Shown here in pieces: positions 40,135-53,814 of a stretch of DNA of 64,000 bases. The stretch is from Eledone cirrhosa (lineage: Eukaryota). Position 1 is the first letter of the stretch. The number at the start of each line of letters is the position of its first letter. A program made the position numbers and the translations under genes. The notes beneath the pieces were generated by a model. The model was not told the origin of the DNA, did not search any database, and saw nothing but the letters and a program-made list of their open reading frames with translations. The stretch lies in the NCBI GenBank assembly GCA_964016885.1, contig OZ024743.1:314030001-314094000 (forward strand), read 5' to 3'.

Positions 40135-40439
40135 AGTAGAGTTCCTCGTGAAAGCCTGATGTAAAATGCATTATTTCAAATATAATTGCAAATTTAATCC
40201 ACTCATTATCAGATTAGTTGTACAATGGCTTTTAAAAGTTAATAGAAAAAGTTTTCGCAAAACATGAAAAGAGACGTCACGAGAAAGGAAATATCAAGGC
40301 AAAAACTCTATGAAACGAACAAATAATCAATAGATTTATACATAGGTAGGCATATAGATCGATCGAATTATAGATACATGCATTGATAGTGGTATAGAGA
40401 GAGACAAGGGAAAAGAACAATAGAGACATGAACAATAAT

Positions 40440-40470
<31 letters not shown>

Positions 40471-40524
40471 ATGTGAGTGTCTGTGTATTAATAATGATAT
40501 ATACGCACATAAAACATGTATATG

Positions 40525-40560
<36 letters not shown>

Positions 40561-40885
40561 TATATTGAATAGGAGAATGTGAAGTTATGAGTGCCATTTT
40601 TCTCTAGATTACACACCCCACTAAATCGATGGAATATAATCGTTATAAAAATATATATTTCCACACAATAGTTACTAAATGGCTAATTCATTTTCGTCCA
40701 TTCATCAGTACATCTCATTTAGATAAGACTATTACGTTCATGAGAATGTCTTGCGAGATTTGCTACTGGAGTGCATTTGTTTATAAAGTAATTACTGCTG
40801 GGAATATTATTCATATTATATATGTATACGAATATAATTGGCAAAGGGTACAACTGTACACACACACACGGAGACACACACACAG

Positions 40886-40919
<34 letters not shown>

Positions 40920-41385
40920 CGTCACACATACACACACACAACCGCACACACAAAAACACATACACACCACACACACAATATATATTTATATATGAACACC
41001 GAGTTAGCTTCAGAAATATTGGAGAAATTTGAAATGTCTTCTTCCCCACAGAATTGAGTACAATAATAATCAATCACTCTTAGAAGTAGTTAAGAAAAAT
41101 CTAGTAAGTTACCCTTGATCGACTATTACTATCCTGATCGACTATTACTATAGCACTTCTTATATCTATCTATATATATATAAATAAAGTCTGATTCACC
41201 GTTTTGGGTCCTATTCCCCTTTTGGCTCAACTCACGTCCCCAATTTCTCTAATACCCCGTCCATTATCACACCCCTAGATTCCTATCGCTTTCTCTTTCC
41301 TCATAGCTTCGTACTTACATACACACACACTCTTTTACTCTCATATACACACATATTTCTTCTTAGCTTCGTACGAACCTAGAAC

Positions 41386-41500
<115 letters not shown>

Positions 41501-41727
41501 ATGCTTAAGCACGTGCTCAAGTATAGTTCTTTTAGAAAACGGTTTTTTCCATTTCAGGTAGACGCGCGCCATCATCCACTTTTCTAAAAAACAAATGATA
41601 CACAAAACGCCAGCAGCAACAGATTTGCAATAGATGTCAACATGAATGGACCTATTATTTTTAACGAAAGACATTTTTTCAAATTCCATCCCGCCCGTCC
41701 CCTTAATCTATTTTATTTCTCATTCTT

Positions 41728-41763
41728 TCTTCTGATGAAGGACTAACGTCTGAAACGTTAAGA
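41728..41763 (+). ncRNA. Minimal hammerhead ribozyme, canonical core
   Basis: TCTT-CTGATGA-A-GGAC TAAC GTCT-GAAA-CGT-T-AAGA. Stem III is the loopless palindrome ACGT. Confidence 0.75.
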
Positions 41764-41844
41764 CCCTCTTCCTGCTATATCAAGCGTTAACCTAATATAT
41801 ACCTTCCATATACTGTACCAATGGTGTTGTGATTTCTGTTTACC

Positions 41845-41888
<44 letters not shown>

Positions 41889-41952
41889 TTATATATACGT
41901 ATATATATGTATATATTCATTCTTTTCCATTTATATATATATACATATATGT

Positions 41953-42038
<86 letters not shown>

Positions 42039-43413
42039 ATATGTATGTATATATGTATGTATATATGTATGTAAATATGTATGTAAATATGTATGTATAT
42101 ATGTATGTATATATATATGTATGTATATATGTATGTAAAGAGCAAAGGAACTCTTAAGAGTCAATGGCCATCCAAAATCACCGGCAGAGATGACCCTTTA
42201 GCCTTTGTCAAGCAGAATTCTAGGAGAAGGAAAACTTTGATATACCACCTGTAACCCTGATGGTATCCACTGATGTTGACTTGTTCTTCTTTTTGGTAAA
42301 TATCATCTTGGTTAAGAGAGTGGGACTGGCTTTGTGCAGTGCCTTTACTCACTATAAAAGATTCACGGCACAGGCATTGCTTTATATCTGGAGATCTCTC
42401 TGCACTTGTTGTCACATGGTACCATGGGCCCAGCACTTTGTCAATAATTGTCACAAGTTTTCAAGTCGCTGGTTGGACTGAAAAGTCACACTCGTTCAGC
42501 GCTTCAGTAGGGGTTTGCCTACATGGATATAAAGTAGTGGCCGTACTCGAAAACGAGTTGGCAGCCACCATATATATATGTATATATATATATGTATATA
42601 TATATGTATATATATATGTATATATATATGTATATATATATGTATATATATATATATATATTAAGACGGGGGGAAGAAAACATGGCTTCACTTGTGCTTT
42701 CAACAAATTTATTTTCTTCACAAAATCCAAAAATAATTTTTCTTAAAAAGCATTATTTTATAAATTAAGTTGTTGGTTGTTGGTTAGGTCTTAGGAGTTC
42801 TTGGTTAACGTAGGAGGTATTGTTTCGTTTTTAGAAAGACCTTTCTCGCTGAGGTGCGCTTGTCAAACTGATGTGTATGTGGTGTGTTGTTCTATATATA
42901 GGGATTTAACATTCTGGGGTGTGGTGGGGGATTCTTTTCTCCCCCTTTAATAAGTGCATGGGTGTAGGTGTATTGAAAAAGTGTTCATAGCAGTGATGAG
43001 TTGAGACGGTGAGTAGGGTTGGGTGGGGAGAAATGTAGCAAGTGCGGCCTGCCCCGGTCATTCTCGAAAAATTCCTTTATTCAGGGGAAAAAAGCTTTTA
43101 GTATTGCTTTTGTGTCGAGAATGGTCACAGGCAAATCGCACCTGTCAAGTTTGTGAATAATTATTTTTTTCTCTTTTTCCTGAAGAATTTTTCTACGTCC
43201 ATCCCAAAGTTAGTCCTTTGTTCAACACACACATATGTGCGCATATACGTACATACACACACGGGCATATGTAGGAATATATAGGCACACACCATCAATC
43301 ACACACCCATGCACAAATACATCCACATACATACACAAAAACATATAGAGACACATATAAAAACACACATATACATACGTACACACACGAATATGTGCTC
43401 ATACCTCCACATG

Positions 43414-43449
<36 letters not shown>

Positions 43450-43802
43450 CACATACATATACACATATACATACATACACATATATATATATATGTATAT
43501 ATATACATATACACATACACACACATACACACACACATATATATATATACACACACATATATATATATATATACATATATACATACATATACATACATAC
43601 ATATACATAACTAAATATACATATATACACATACACGCACACATACACACACACACACGCACGTGTATACACACACACACACACACATAAACATATGTCC
43701 GTATATATACCCCTCCGTTCACACATACATGCATACACACACATACACACATACATCTATATATATATACACATATAAAGAGAGAGGCATACACACACAC
43801 AC

Positions 43803-43882
<80 letters not shown>

Positions 43883-44002
43883 TTACACATACACATACAT
43901 ATACATATATGTACACATAAACACATACATACACATACATACATATACACATACATATACACATACATATATATCCATATACATACATATACACATACAT
44001 AT

Positions 44003-44039
<37 letters not shown>

Positions 44040-44262
44040 CATACACATACACATACATATATATATACATATATATACACATACACACACATACATACAC
44101 ACATACATATATACATATATATATATGTGCGTACACACGAGCACATAAAGACACATATACACATACACATATACATACACACACATATATATAGGTACAT
44201 ACACATACATACACACACACATAAACATACATACCTATCCATACATATATATATATATATAT

Positions 44263-44293
<31 letters not shown>

Positions 44294-44368
44294 CATATAT
44301 AACTATACATACATATATATACAAATATACACATACATACATCTATATATACACATATATACACACAT

Positions 44369-44465
<97 letters not shown>

Positions 44466-44488
44466 TACAAACTTACACACATCCATAC

Positions 44489-44523
<35 letters not shown>

Positions 44524-44683
44524 CCCACATACATATATACCCACACGTACATACATCCATACATCCCTACACACACATATGTGTGTGTCTCACCGTTCAC
44601 TCAGATATTCATGTGTATACATAAGAAGAGGGGGGGGGGTAGTGAAATGGAATTTTACCTCCGAGTGTTAATTCATTTTTTCG

Positions 44684-44950
44684 TGTTCAGTAGTCGTTTA
44701 AATTTTTCAATGAAGAATTCTTCTTTATATCTGCGGAAATGTTCGTTATCCGACCATATCTTAAAGAAAGGGAAGATTGTGAATTTTCCCTTCCCGCATG
44801 ATGCAAAGTGTGCGCTACATGTGGTATTTCTGACTGTGGGGTTTTTAATCTGTTGTTTATGTACCCGGACTCTATCTTGTAATCCCGTCCGGTGTCCCCA
44901 ATGTAATACTCTTTACACTGTGGTCATGTTGCGCAATATATTAGGTTTTT
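44684..44950 (-). pseudogene. PLE GIY-YIG endonuclease C-terminal fragment
   Basis: [20 protein letters not shown] / [48 protein letters not shown]. Confidence 0.85.
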
Positions 44951-45185
44951 CTATAACGAACATTTCCGCAAATATATAGAAGAATTCTTCATTGAAAAAT
45001 TTAAACCACTACAGAACACGATAAAATGAATTAACACTCGGAGGTAAGATTCCATTTCACTACCCCCCCTCTTCTTATGTATACACATGAATATCTAAGT
45101 GAACGGTGAGACACACACATATGTGTGTGTAGGGATGTATGGATGTATGTACGTGTGCGTATATATGTATGTGGGGGTGTGTGTA

Positions 45186-45229
<44 letters not shown>

Positions 45230-45251
45230 TATGAATGTGTGTATGTTTGTA

Positions 45252-45364
<113 letters not shown>

Positions 45365-45429
45365 GTGTATGTGTGTATATATGTGTATATGTACATGTAT
45401 GTATATGTATGTTTGTATATATATGTGTG

Positions 45430-45460
<31 letters not shown>

Positions 45461-45881
45461 GTATGTATATATATATATATGTATGGATAGATATGTATGT
45501 TTATGTGTATGTATATGTATGTGTATGTACCTATATATATGTGTGTGTGTGTATGTATGTGCATATATGTATATATGTGTGTACATATGTGTATGTTTCT
45601 GTTTGTGTATATGTATGTATGTAGATGTATGTGTATATATATGTATATATATGTATGTATATGCGTATGTGTATATGTATCTTTATGTGCTCGTGTGTAC
45701 GCATATATATATATATATGTATATATGTATGTGTGTATGTATGTGTGTGTATGTGTATATATATGTATATATATATGTATGTATATATGTGTATATATAT
45801 ATATATATATGTATGTATGTACATGTATGTGTGTATGTATGTGTGTATGTATGTACTTGTATGTGTATGTGTATGTGCATG

Positions 45882-45912
<31 letters not shown>

Positions 45913-46033
45913 GTGTATATGTATGTGTATATGTATGTATATGGATATATATGTATGTGTATATGTATGTGTATATGTATGTATGTGTCTGTATGTGTTT
46001 ATGTGTACACATATGTATATGTATGTGTATGTG

Positions 46034-46074
<41 letters not shown>

Positions 46075-46188
46075 TGTTATACTTTGGGAGGGTCATGTTG
46101 CCAACATGACCCTCCCAAAGTATAACAATATCGGTTTCAACACACGATTTCAGATAAAGAATCTTGCTAAACAAATTCAGAAACGAAA

Positions 46189-46275
<87 letters not shown>

Positions 46276-46588
46276 GCCCCTCTCTTTATATGTGTATATA
46301 TATATAGATGTATGTGTGTATGTGTGTGTGTGTATGCATGTATGTGTGAACGGAGGGGTATATATACGGACATATGTTTATGTGTGTGTGTGTGTGTATA
46401 CACATGTGTGTGTGTGTGTGTGTGTGTATGTGTGCGTGTATGTGTATATATGTATATTTAGTTATGTATCTTTAAGTGTGTATATGTATGTATATGTATG
46501 TATGTATATGTATGTATATATGTATATATATATATATATATGTGTGTGTGTATATATATATATGTGTGTGTGTATGTGTGTGTATGTG

Positions 46589-46620
<32 letters not shown>

Positions 46621-46808
46621 CCGGGGCAGGCCGCACTTGCTACATTTCTCCCCACCCAACCCTACTCACCGTCTCAACTCATTACTGCTATGAACACTTT
46701 TTCAACACACCTACACCCATGCACTTATTAAAGGGGGAGAAAAGAAACCCCCACCACACCCCAGAATGTTAAATCCCTATATATAGAACAACACACCACA
46801 TACACATC

Positions 46809-46845
46809 AGTTTGACAAGCGCACCTCAGCGTGAAAGGTCTTTCT
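46809..46845 (+). ncRNA. Hammerhead-like motif, U3-A8 core variant
   Basis: AGT-TTGACAA-GCGC ACCTCA GCGT-GAAA-GGTC-TT-TCT, with a weak stem I. A mirror copy lies at 42833-42869 (-). Confidence 0.5.
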
Positions 46846-47475
46846 AAAAACGAAACAATACCTCCTACGTTAACCAAGAACTCCTAAGACCTAACCAACA
46901 ACCAACAACTTAATTTATAAAATAATTTTTTTTAAGAAAAATTCTTTTTGGATTTTGTGAAGAAAATAAATTTGTTGAAAGCACAAGTGAAGCCATTTTT
47001 TCTTCCCCCTGTCTTAATATACCTAACTGTACCAAGCATTACACACATTTTCCAATATATATATATATATGCATATAAACTTCGTATTTGTATTTGTTTT
47101 ACAAGTCTTCTATATGAAAACGTGAGTTGAAACATATATATTTTTATAATTTGGGGTGTTCATGCTATCAATAAAAACACAAGAAGCTATTGGTTTTCAC
47201 TTTAATTTAATAACCGGATAGTTGTTTATTTCCAAAGATCTCGTCACACATTCTGTGGCCTCCTCCAAAAACTAGATGGTGCAGGTCAGAAAAAAGGTGA
47301 AATATAAAATTACAAATTCGTCACTGAAAGGATCACAGAATATGTGAGGAAAGAGCTTTGACAATATAAAAATAAACAACCATCCGTTTATTAGACTAAC
47401 CAATTGAAAGTTTATATCCATATGAAAACCAGCAGGTACCAGTTTTCATATCGGCAGAATGATCTTCCCAAAGTA

Positions 47476-47594
<119 letters not shown>

Positions 47595-47783
47595 ATATAT
47601 ATTTAATACATTAACAGAGAAAGCTTTAAGCAATACTCTGACTGGTTTCTATCTCACTCAACAAACATTAGGATACACCTTAGTATAATCCCAATTTTAC
47701 GTTTGGGGTGCTAACTATATGTATTTTGCTGATAGCCAGTTGTATTATTTTGTATGAGACATAATTAAAATACATCTCCCTTT

Positions 47784-47903
47784 CCAAACAATTGTTTCAT
47801 TATTAGTTTTCTACGAGTTGGGAAAATTATGTCCAGGTTATGTAGAAGCCTACACATAGTCCGTAGGAATATATGCAGGTGGGCACTTATAAATCATCAG
47901 TGG
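47784..47903 (-). ncRNA. Hammerhead ribozyme with long loop II, subfamily 2, copy 1
   Basis: Minus strand CCA-CTGATGA-T-TTATAAGT...ACTAATAA-T-GAAAC-AATT-GTT-TGG. Confidence 0.72.
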
Positions 47904-48508
47904 GTGCCCGTCAAACATCGATATAAAAAAAAATTTCTTACCGATATCCAATGTTCAGCGATGGTCACCTTCCGTATCAGAATGACCGCCAAATTTTAAT
48001 TCCAGCAGTCTCAGAATGAGAAATTTCACACTGTCATCAAGCGGAAAGGGGAGGTCATCGCAAAACACCAGAAAATAAAATAATATGCACGCGGTTCAAT
48101 TAATTCTTTCAATAATTTTAACCTTGCGTGTGAAGAACTCAATTAGATTTTAAAAAATAAATATATGCATGTATTATTTATACACGCATACAGGTATTTT
48201 ATTATGCTAAAAACAGAGATGAGATACCAGAATAACAATCAATATTTCATACAAATAATAAATACGGAAAGTTACACTTAAAAGGTATCTGGAAATATTC
48301 AACTCTGACCAAATCAAGAGTATAATATTTAATACATTAACAGAGAAAGCTTTAAGCAATACTCTGACTGGCTTTCATCTCACTCAACAAACATTAGGAT
48401 ATACCTTAGTATAATCCCAATTTTACGTTTGGGTGGTAACTATATGTATTTTGCGGATAGCCAGTTGTATTATTTTATATGAGACATAATTAAAATACAT
48501 CTCGCTTT

Positions 48509-48628
48509 CCAAACAATTGTTTCGTTATAAGTTTTCTACAAGTTGGGAAAATTATGTCCAGGTTATGTAGAAGCCTACACATAGTCCGTAGGAATATATG
48601 CAGGTGGGCACTTATAAATCATCAGTGG
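48509..48628 (-). ncRNA. Hammerhead ribozyme with long loop II, subfamily 2, copy 2
   Basis: Minus strand CCA-CTGATGA-T-TTATAAGT...ACTTATAA-C-GAAAC-AATT-GTT-TGG. Confidence 0.75.
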
Positions 48629-48863
48629 TTGCCTGTCAAACATCGATATAAAAAAATGTTCTTACCGATATCCAATGTTCAGCGATGGTCACATATATAT
48701 ATATATGTGTGTGTGTTTAATAAGGAGTTGACGGACCCAGCTTATTTATCAATGCCAGGACCGGTTGTATCTCAGCGTACTCAGTAGATAATGTTGAATA
48801 CATTCCCAGAATATACGCATAGCTATTCGCTTCAATACAACACACATAAACGGGTGCCTATAG

Positions 48864-48926
<63 letters not shown>

Positions 48927-49459
48927 TAACAACGACACACCTATGTATTGTTAATTTTATTACGAAGATAAATTACAGTAAACTGTGTAATTTTATTTGT
49001 GTGTATATCATTGTGCTATGTATAAAACTGTATATCAGAAAAAACATTACAAGGTGTAATCGCGATTAAAAGGGAAATTACTTTCCTATATGGCCGCACT
49101 GAACGGTCTCTCTTGGATCAGACTGAAAGAAAGAGAAAAATATTTACTGATATGAATATTGAAAGTAGCCATCATTTCGGACGTATACGCTTTCATAACT
49201 GATTGTTTGGGGTGCAGAACACTAATAAAATATCGGATAGTAGAATTTGCCACCCTAACTGAGAAAACATATTAAACTTAAAGAAATTCTTAAGGCGTAC
49301 AGCTAATTACTATATATAAAAATACACACACATGCACCCACTCACACGCGGCGTGCACACACACACATACACACACACACACATATAAATGTATATTAAT
49401 TTCAAAAGTGGCAGTGACGTTTTCAAGTTTCAGCTTTATCGGTATACACCCCCCCCCCC

Positions 49460-49501
<42 letters not shown>

Positions 49502-49505
<4 letters not shown>

Positions 49506-49548
49506 TTGAAAAGTCCCACCATATGGTCGGACGAAACGGCTGTCGGCA
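49502..49548 (+). ncRNA. Hammerhead ribozyme, U3-A8 core variant, all stems intact
   Basis: TGCC-TTGAAAA-GTCC CACCATATGGTC GGAC-GAAAC-GGCT-GTC-GGCA, followed by an overlapping AATAAA. Confidence 0.82.
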
Positions 49549-49592
49549 ATAAACTCGTTATAATGTAATAATAGTTCCTTTGTTCTTTTTCA

Positions 49593-49638
<46 letters not shown>

Positions 49639-49790
49639 AAAGTATGTCCATAGAATCATTTGATGAAACATTACATCATCTCCTCTCCCAATCAGCATAA
49701 TCGACCACACAAAAAAACCAATTAAACATGGCTATACGATTAAAAGGCACCTATGAAGAAATAATATATAAATAAACGACAGCTATCTAT

Positions 49791-51600
49791 CCGGAGGAAG
49801 ACAGGAAGACGATACTTTGGTTCGTGGAAACGTTCCCTGGCAAAGAACGGGAAAAAACGAATATAATACGTCATTAATAGGAGCGGTGAAAAACAATTGC
49901 GCGCATAGACAGAACCACGTTTATGGTATAAAAGAAGTCGTAGACTAATGTTCTCTTAGGTGGTTCATAGAGACGTTCTCTGGAAATGCACGGAAAAAAT
50001 GAAGATAATGCGTCATATGTGGAGCGTGGAGAACAATTGCACGCAAAGACAAAACCACGTAAATGGTATAGCTGAAGTCGTAGACTAAAATTCTAACTAG
50101 GAAACCGAAGGAATCTCCGCTTCAGAGTTAAGAGTAAAGTAAATAAAATACAATACAGAGGTAATAGAAATTAAATAAATACATACACGCATGCAAATAT
50201 GTACATACACAAGCATACGCGAAAACACTTGCCATAGGTATACAAAACCACCCACATATAAATATGTGTTTGTGTGTGTGTGCGTGTATACAAATAAATA
50301 CATCATTAAATAAACGTATATAAATACATAAATACGTATATAACAAGCGCACACACATACCTACATGTAAATACACAAAAGTTCGGGGACGTAAGTCAAC
50401 CAAAACATGAAGTACACATATACACACACCCTACATACGTACGAAGCAGCATACTCACACAGACGCAAAACTCCCGTATACACATAACCAAACCATATGT
50501 ACCAGAATATATAAAAAATTATACGCCATGACATATACAATCAAATATACGTACGAGAAAGTATACGTACCTTCACAAAACATACAGGTAATATATATTT
50601 ACCTATGCAAATAAGTAATGGTATAAACAAAACATATACTTAGCTATCACATCAAGACGTAAAATATCCACGTATAGATCGTACTATCCGTTAGGGTATA
50701 ACGTGGGCTGAAATACAGGAAAGGTTTGTGCAATTTATGTTTACAAGCCGAAATTGCCTCTGATTTTTTGTTTAAGATGTGGTCTGTGGCGTAGAGTATT
50801 TCCAGGACCTCAGCGGCGCAGAGGTCATATGGTCTTTTATTTCCGTTATACGATCTAGCCCTAGCTAGGATCTCCCAGTATAACTTATATTGGGTGTGGT
50901 TGTCTTTTAGACTCCAGATATAAGCTGAAAGTGACGTCATATTCCTTCTTAGAGGGTAACGAAAAGAATGGGTATGCATGTAAAGACGCTGCTTGAATCT
51001 ATTGGCGGTTAACCCTATGTAGGCCCTACGGGACGTAGGTGTTTCAACTTTACATTTGTAGACAATGTTACTAGAGAGGCATTTCCCGGATAGGGGGCAA
51101 TCAACCCAATTCCTACAATTACAGTTAGTACTAACTACAGGGTTGCACGTGTTCCTACGGCTAGGTAGTTTAGCTAAATTTGAAGCTGTGATGTTATGTG
51201 CAAGTTTAGGAGTCGTAGAGTAAGAAATTTGAATAGTATTTCTATTAAAATTTTTACTATATTTATGTGTAGCGGGAAAATGCTTCGTAATAAAGAAAGA
51301 AAGATCTTAGCTAATGGTGTGGCCACCTCCATATTATATGGTGGGTTATACCAACAAATGCGACGGGATCTATTTCTTCTAGGTCTATTTTCGTACTCTG
51401 TATATGCTACCTTATCGACAAAACCACTCCGAGCAAGAGCTTCATTGTAATAAGTGGAATGGTCGTTGAAAATATGCTCGTTAGTAAATAGACGAGAAAG
51501 CCTCAACGAAACGTTTCTTACCAGGTTCTTGATTATGCTGGCAGGATGGTTGGAATGCTTACTTATGTAATTAAGCGTATCATTCGGCTTAAGAGAATGG
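49791..51600 (-). mobile_element. PLE (Naiad-like) 3' part, left arm of a large inverted pair
   Basis: NYISKHSNHPASIIKNL, ICWYNPPYN, CNCRNWVDCPLSGKCL..NIVYKC..YIGLT..FKQR, TSLSAYIWSLK and LNKKSEAISACKHK motifs. Confidence 0.88.
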
Positions 51601-51971
51601 TTTGCCGTACAGTGTTGGTACAATACTCTCTCATGGCTTGTCAACAGGTGTAGAGAATGTATAGCCAATAAATCTAATGAGATTTCAGACAGCTGATTAA
51701 ATGCACATGGTGAGAGAAAATTACAACATATGCTCTAGACAGTGTATAGTGAGCTGAGTAGATTAAGAAACCGCTAGAAATGGCAGCTATAACCATTCAA
51801 CAGACAATGCTCAACTAACGAAGCATTTAGGTGCACAAATAACAAATGGAAAAACATACCTCTTTGTGTGTTTTCTTCTCTTTATGCTTATTATGAATAA
51901 CCCGGAAATCATTTCTTGAGCTCATAAAATTACAGGGTATTAACGCGAGTCTTTATATCCGTTTTTTCCTT

Positions 51972-52005
<34 letters not shown>

Positions 52006-52010
<5 letters not shown>

Positions 52011-52724
52011 TGTATGTATAGTATATTTAGCAATATACTATATGTTCAATTAAACACATTTAGAACACCATTCGCTATGAGTTTTAAAGCAGTGACTATG
52101 TCACTTACTTATTCTCGACAAAAACAACAGAGAGCGGCCGACAGACAGTCTGTTTCTCACTTGGGAGCGTTTATCAATACTATACACTCAGTTGGCTTTG
52201 CAGAAAATTATAGAAGCTGGATTCTTATAGAATTCCAGTAATAATCAGCAACTGATTGAACAGAGCAATTGCCGGTCAGAGCAAAAATTAGGTATTATAC
52301 TTTAAAACTCATAGCGAATGGTCTTCTAAATGTTTTTAATCAAACATACAGTATATTGCCAAATATATTATACATACATTCATATATACATCGCTATTTC
52401 AGAGCACCGATACTAATACCAAATTTTTGCTTAACCGGCAATCGCTCTGTTTAATCAGTTCCTGATTATTACAGGAATTCTATAAGAATCCAGCTTCTAT
52501 AATTCTCGGCGAAGGCAACTGAGCGTGTGTTCTTGATAAATGTTCACAAGCGAGAAACAGACTGTCTGTCGGCCGGTCTGTTGTTTTTGCCGAGAATAAG
52601 TAAGTGCATAGACACTGCTTTAAAACTCATATCGAATGTTTTTAATTGAACATGCAGTATATTGCCAAATATACTATACATACATTCATGTATACATCGG
52701 TTTTTCAGAGAACCAATGCTAATA
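52006..52724. mobile_element. ~306-bp non-coding unit: one inverted copy plus ~1.4 tandem copies, HHR-bearing
   Basis: 52006-52297 mirrors 52414-52690, and 52298-52418 repeats as ~52615-52724. Bounded by (TA)n on both sides. Confidence 0.85.
52140..52181 (-). ncRNA. Hammerhead-like motif, U3-A8 core variant
   Basis: Minus strand AGTA-TTGATAA-A CGCT CCCA AGTG A-GAAAC-AGACT-GTC-TGTC. A plus-strand copy lies at 52529-52570. Stem I is weak. Confidence 0.6.
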
Positions 52725-52726
52725 TG

Positions 52727-52818
<92 letters not shown>

Positions 52819-53625
52819 AAATTATATCCATAGAATCATTTGATAAAATATACACACCATTTCCTGTCCCAATCAGCATAATCAACCACACAAAAAACCA
52901 ATTAAACCAGGCTATAAGATTAAAAGACACCTAGGAAGAAACAATACATACATAAACGACAGCTATCTATTCGCTATCAACAGCTATATAATATTTACCC
53001 ACCATTTCCAATAGCACGTGGAAATCGATTAAATATATCGTCAACCATGCACAATTAGGTATAAAATCAAAGTTAGAAGAAAAAATATATATAAACATAC
53101 CAAAATTACGTTAAATATAATTATAGATTTGAAGACCAGTCAGATATTTACCTAATTTGTCTTCTTAGTCCGTATATATTAACTAGACAGATAATCAATT
53201 AAACGGAGTTAAGTTTAAAATGTAAGTTTGAAGAAATAATAGATACATGCTACCAATATACCTCTAATCCCGACTATCGACAGTTTCGCTTGGATCTTGT
53301 GAAAATATCTAATCATTGCATTATCCATGAGGCTCCAAACTTATCAAGAGATTCTCTCAGTTAGGACCGAAATTTCCAAATTTATCACTACAAGTAACGA
53401 ATTCGAAAGGGGTAAAATCAATCACGTGGCTAGCGGTCAAGATAGAAGTGTTGTGGAGGGTAGACTGGTGGCCAGTAAGTTCATTGCTAGAAGAAGGAAT
53501 TAGTTACTGCCTAAATTTACTCAACCATAAGGGAGTTAGAACAACGCCATATGGAACACATAAATATATATGTGTTCCTTATGACTTTACATATATATAT
53601 ATATATAATATATGTGTGTGTTTGA

Positions 53626-53661
<36 letters not shown>

Positions 53662-53663
53662 GC

Positions 53664-53717
<54 letters not shown>

Positions 53718-53814
53718 ATAATAATAAATTTGAAGACTAAAATCCAAAGAGGGCTCGATAAGGATAAATATATATCAAATATATAAGAACCGTAGAGCAA
53801 TACCCGTATAGAAA

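Larger units (their letters stand above)
47600..48692 (-). mobile_element. Non-coding partial tandem repeat, ~725-bp unit, ~1.5 copies, diverged relative of 29846-31205
   Basis: aatacattaacagagaaagc occurs at ~47605 and 48331. Shared blocks include ctcactcaacaaacattagga and tcatcagtgg. The repeat is bounded by (TA)n. Confidence 0.8.
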
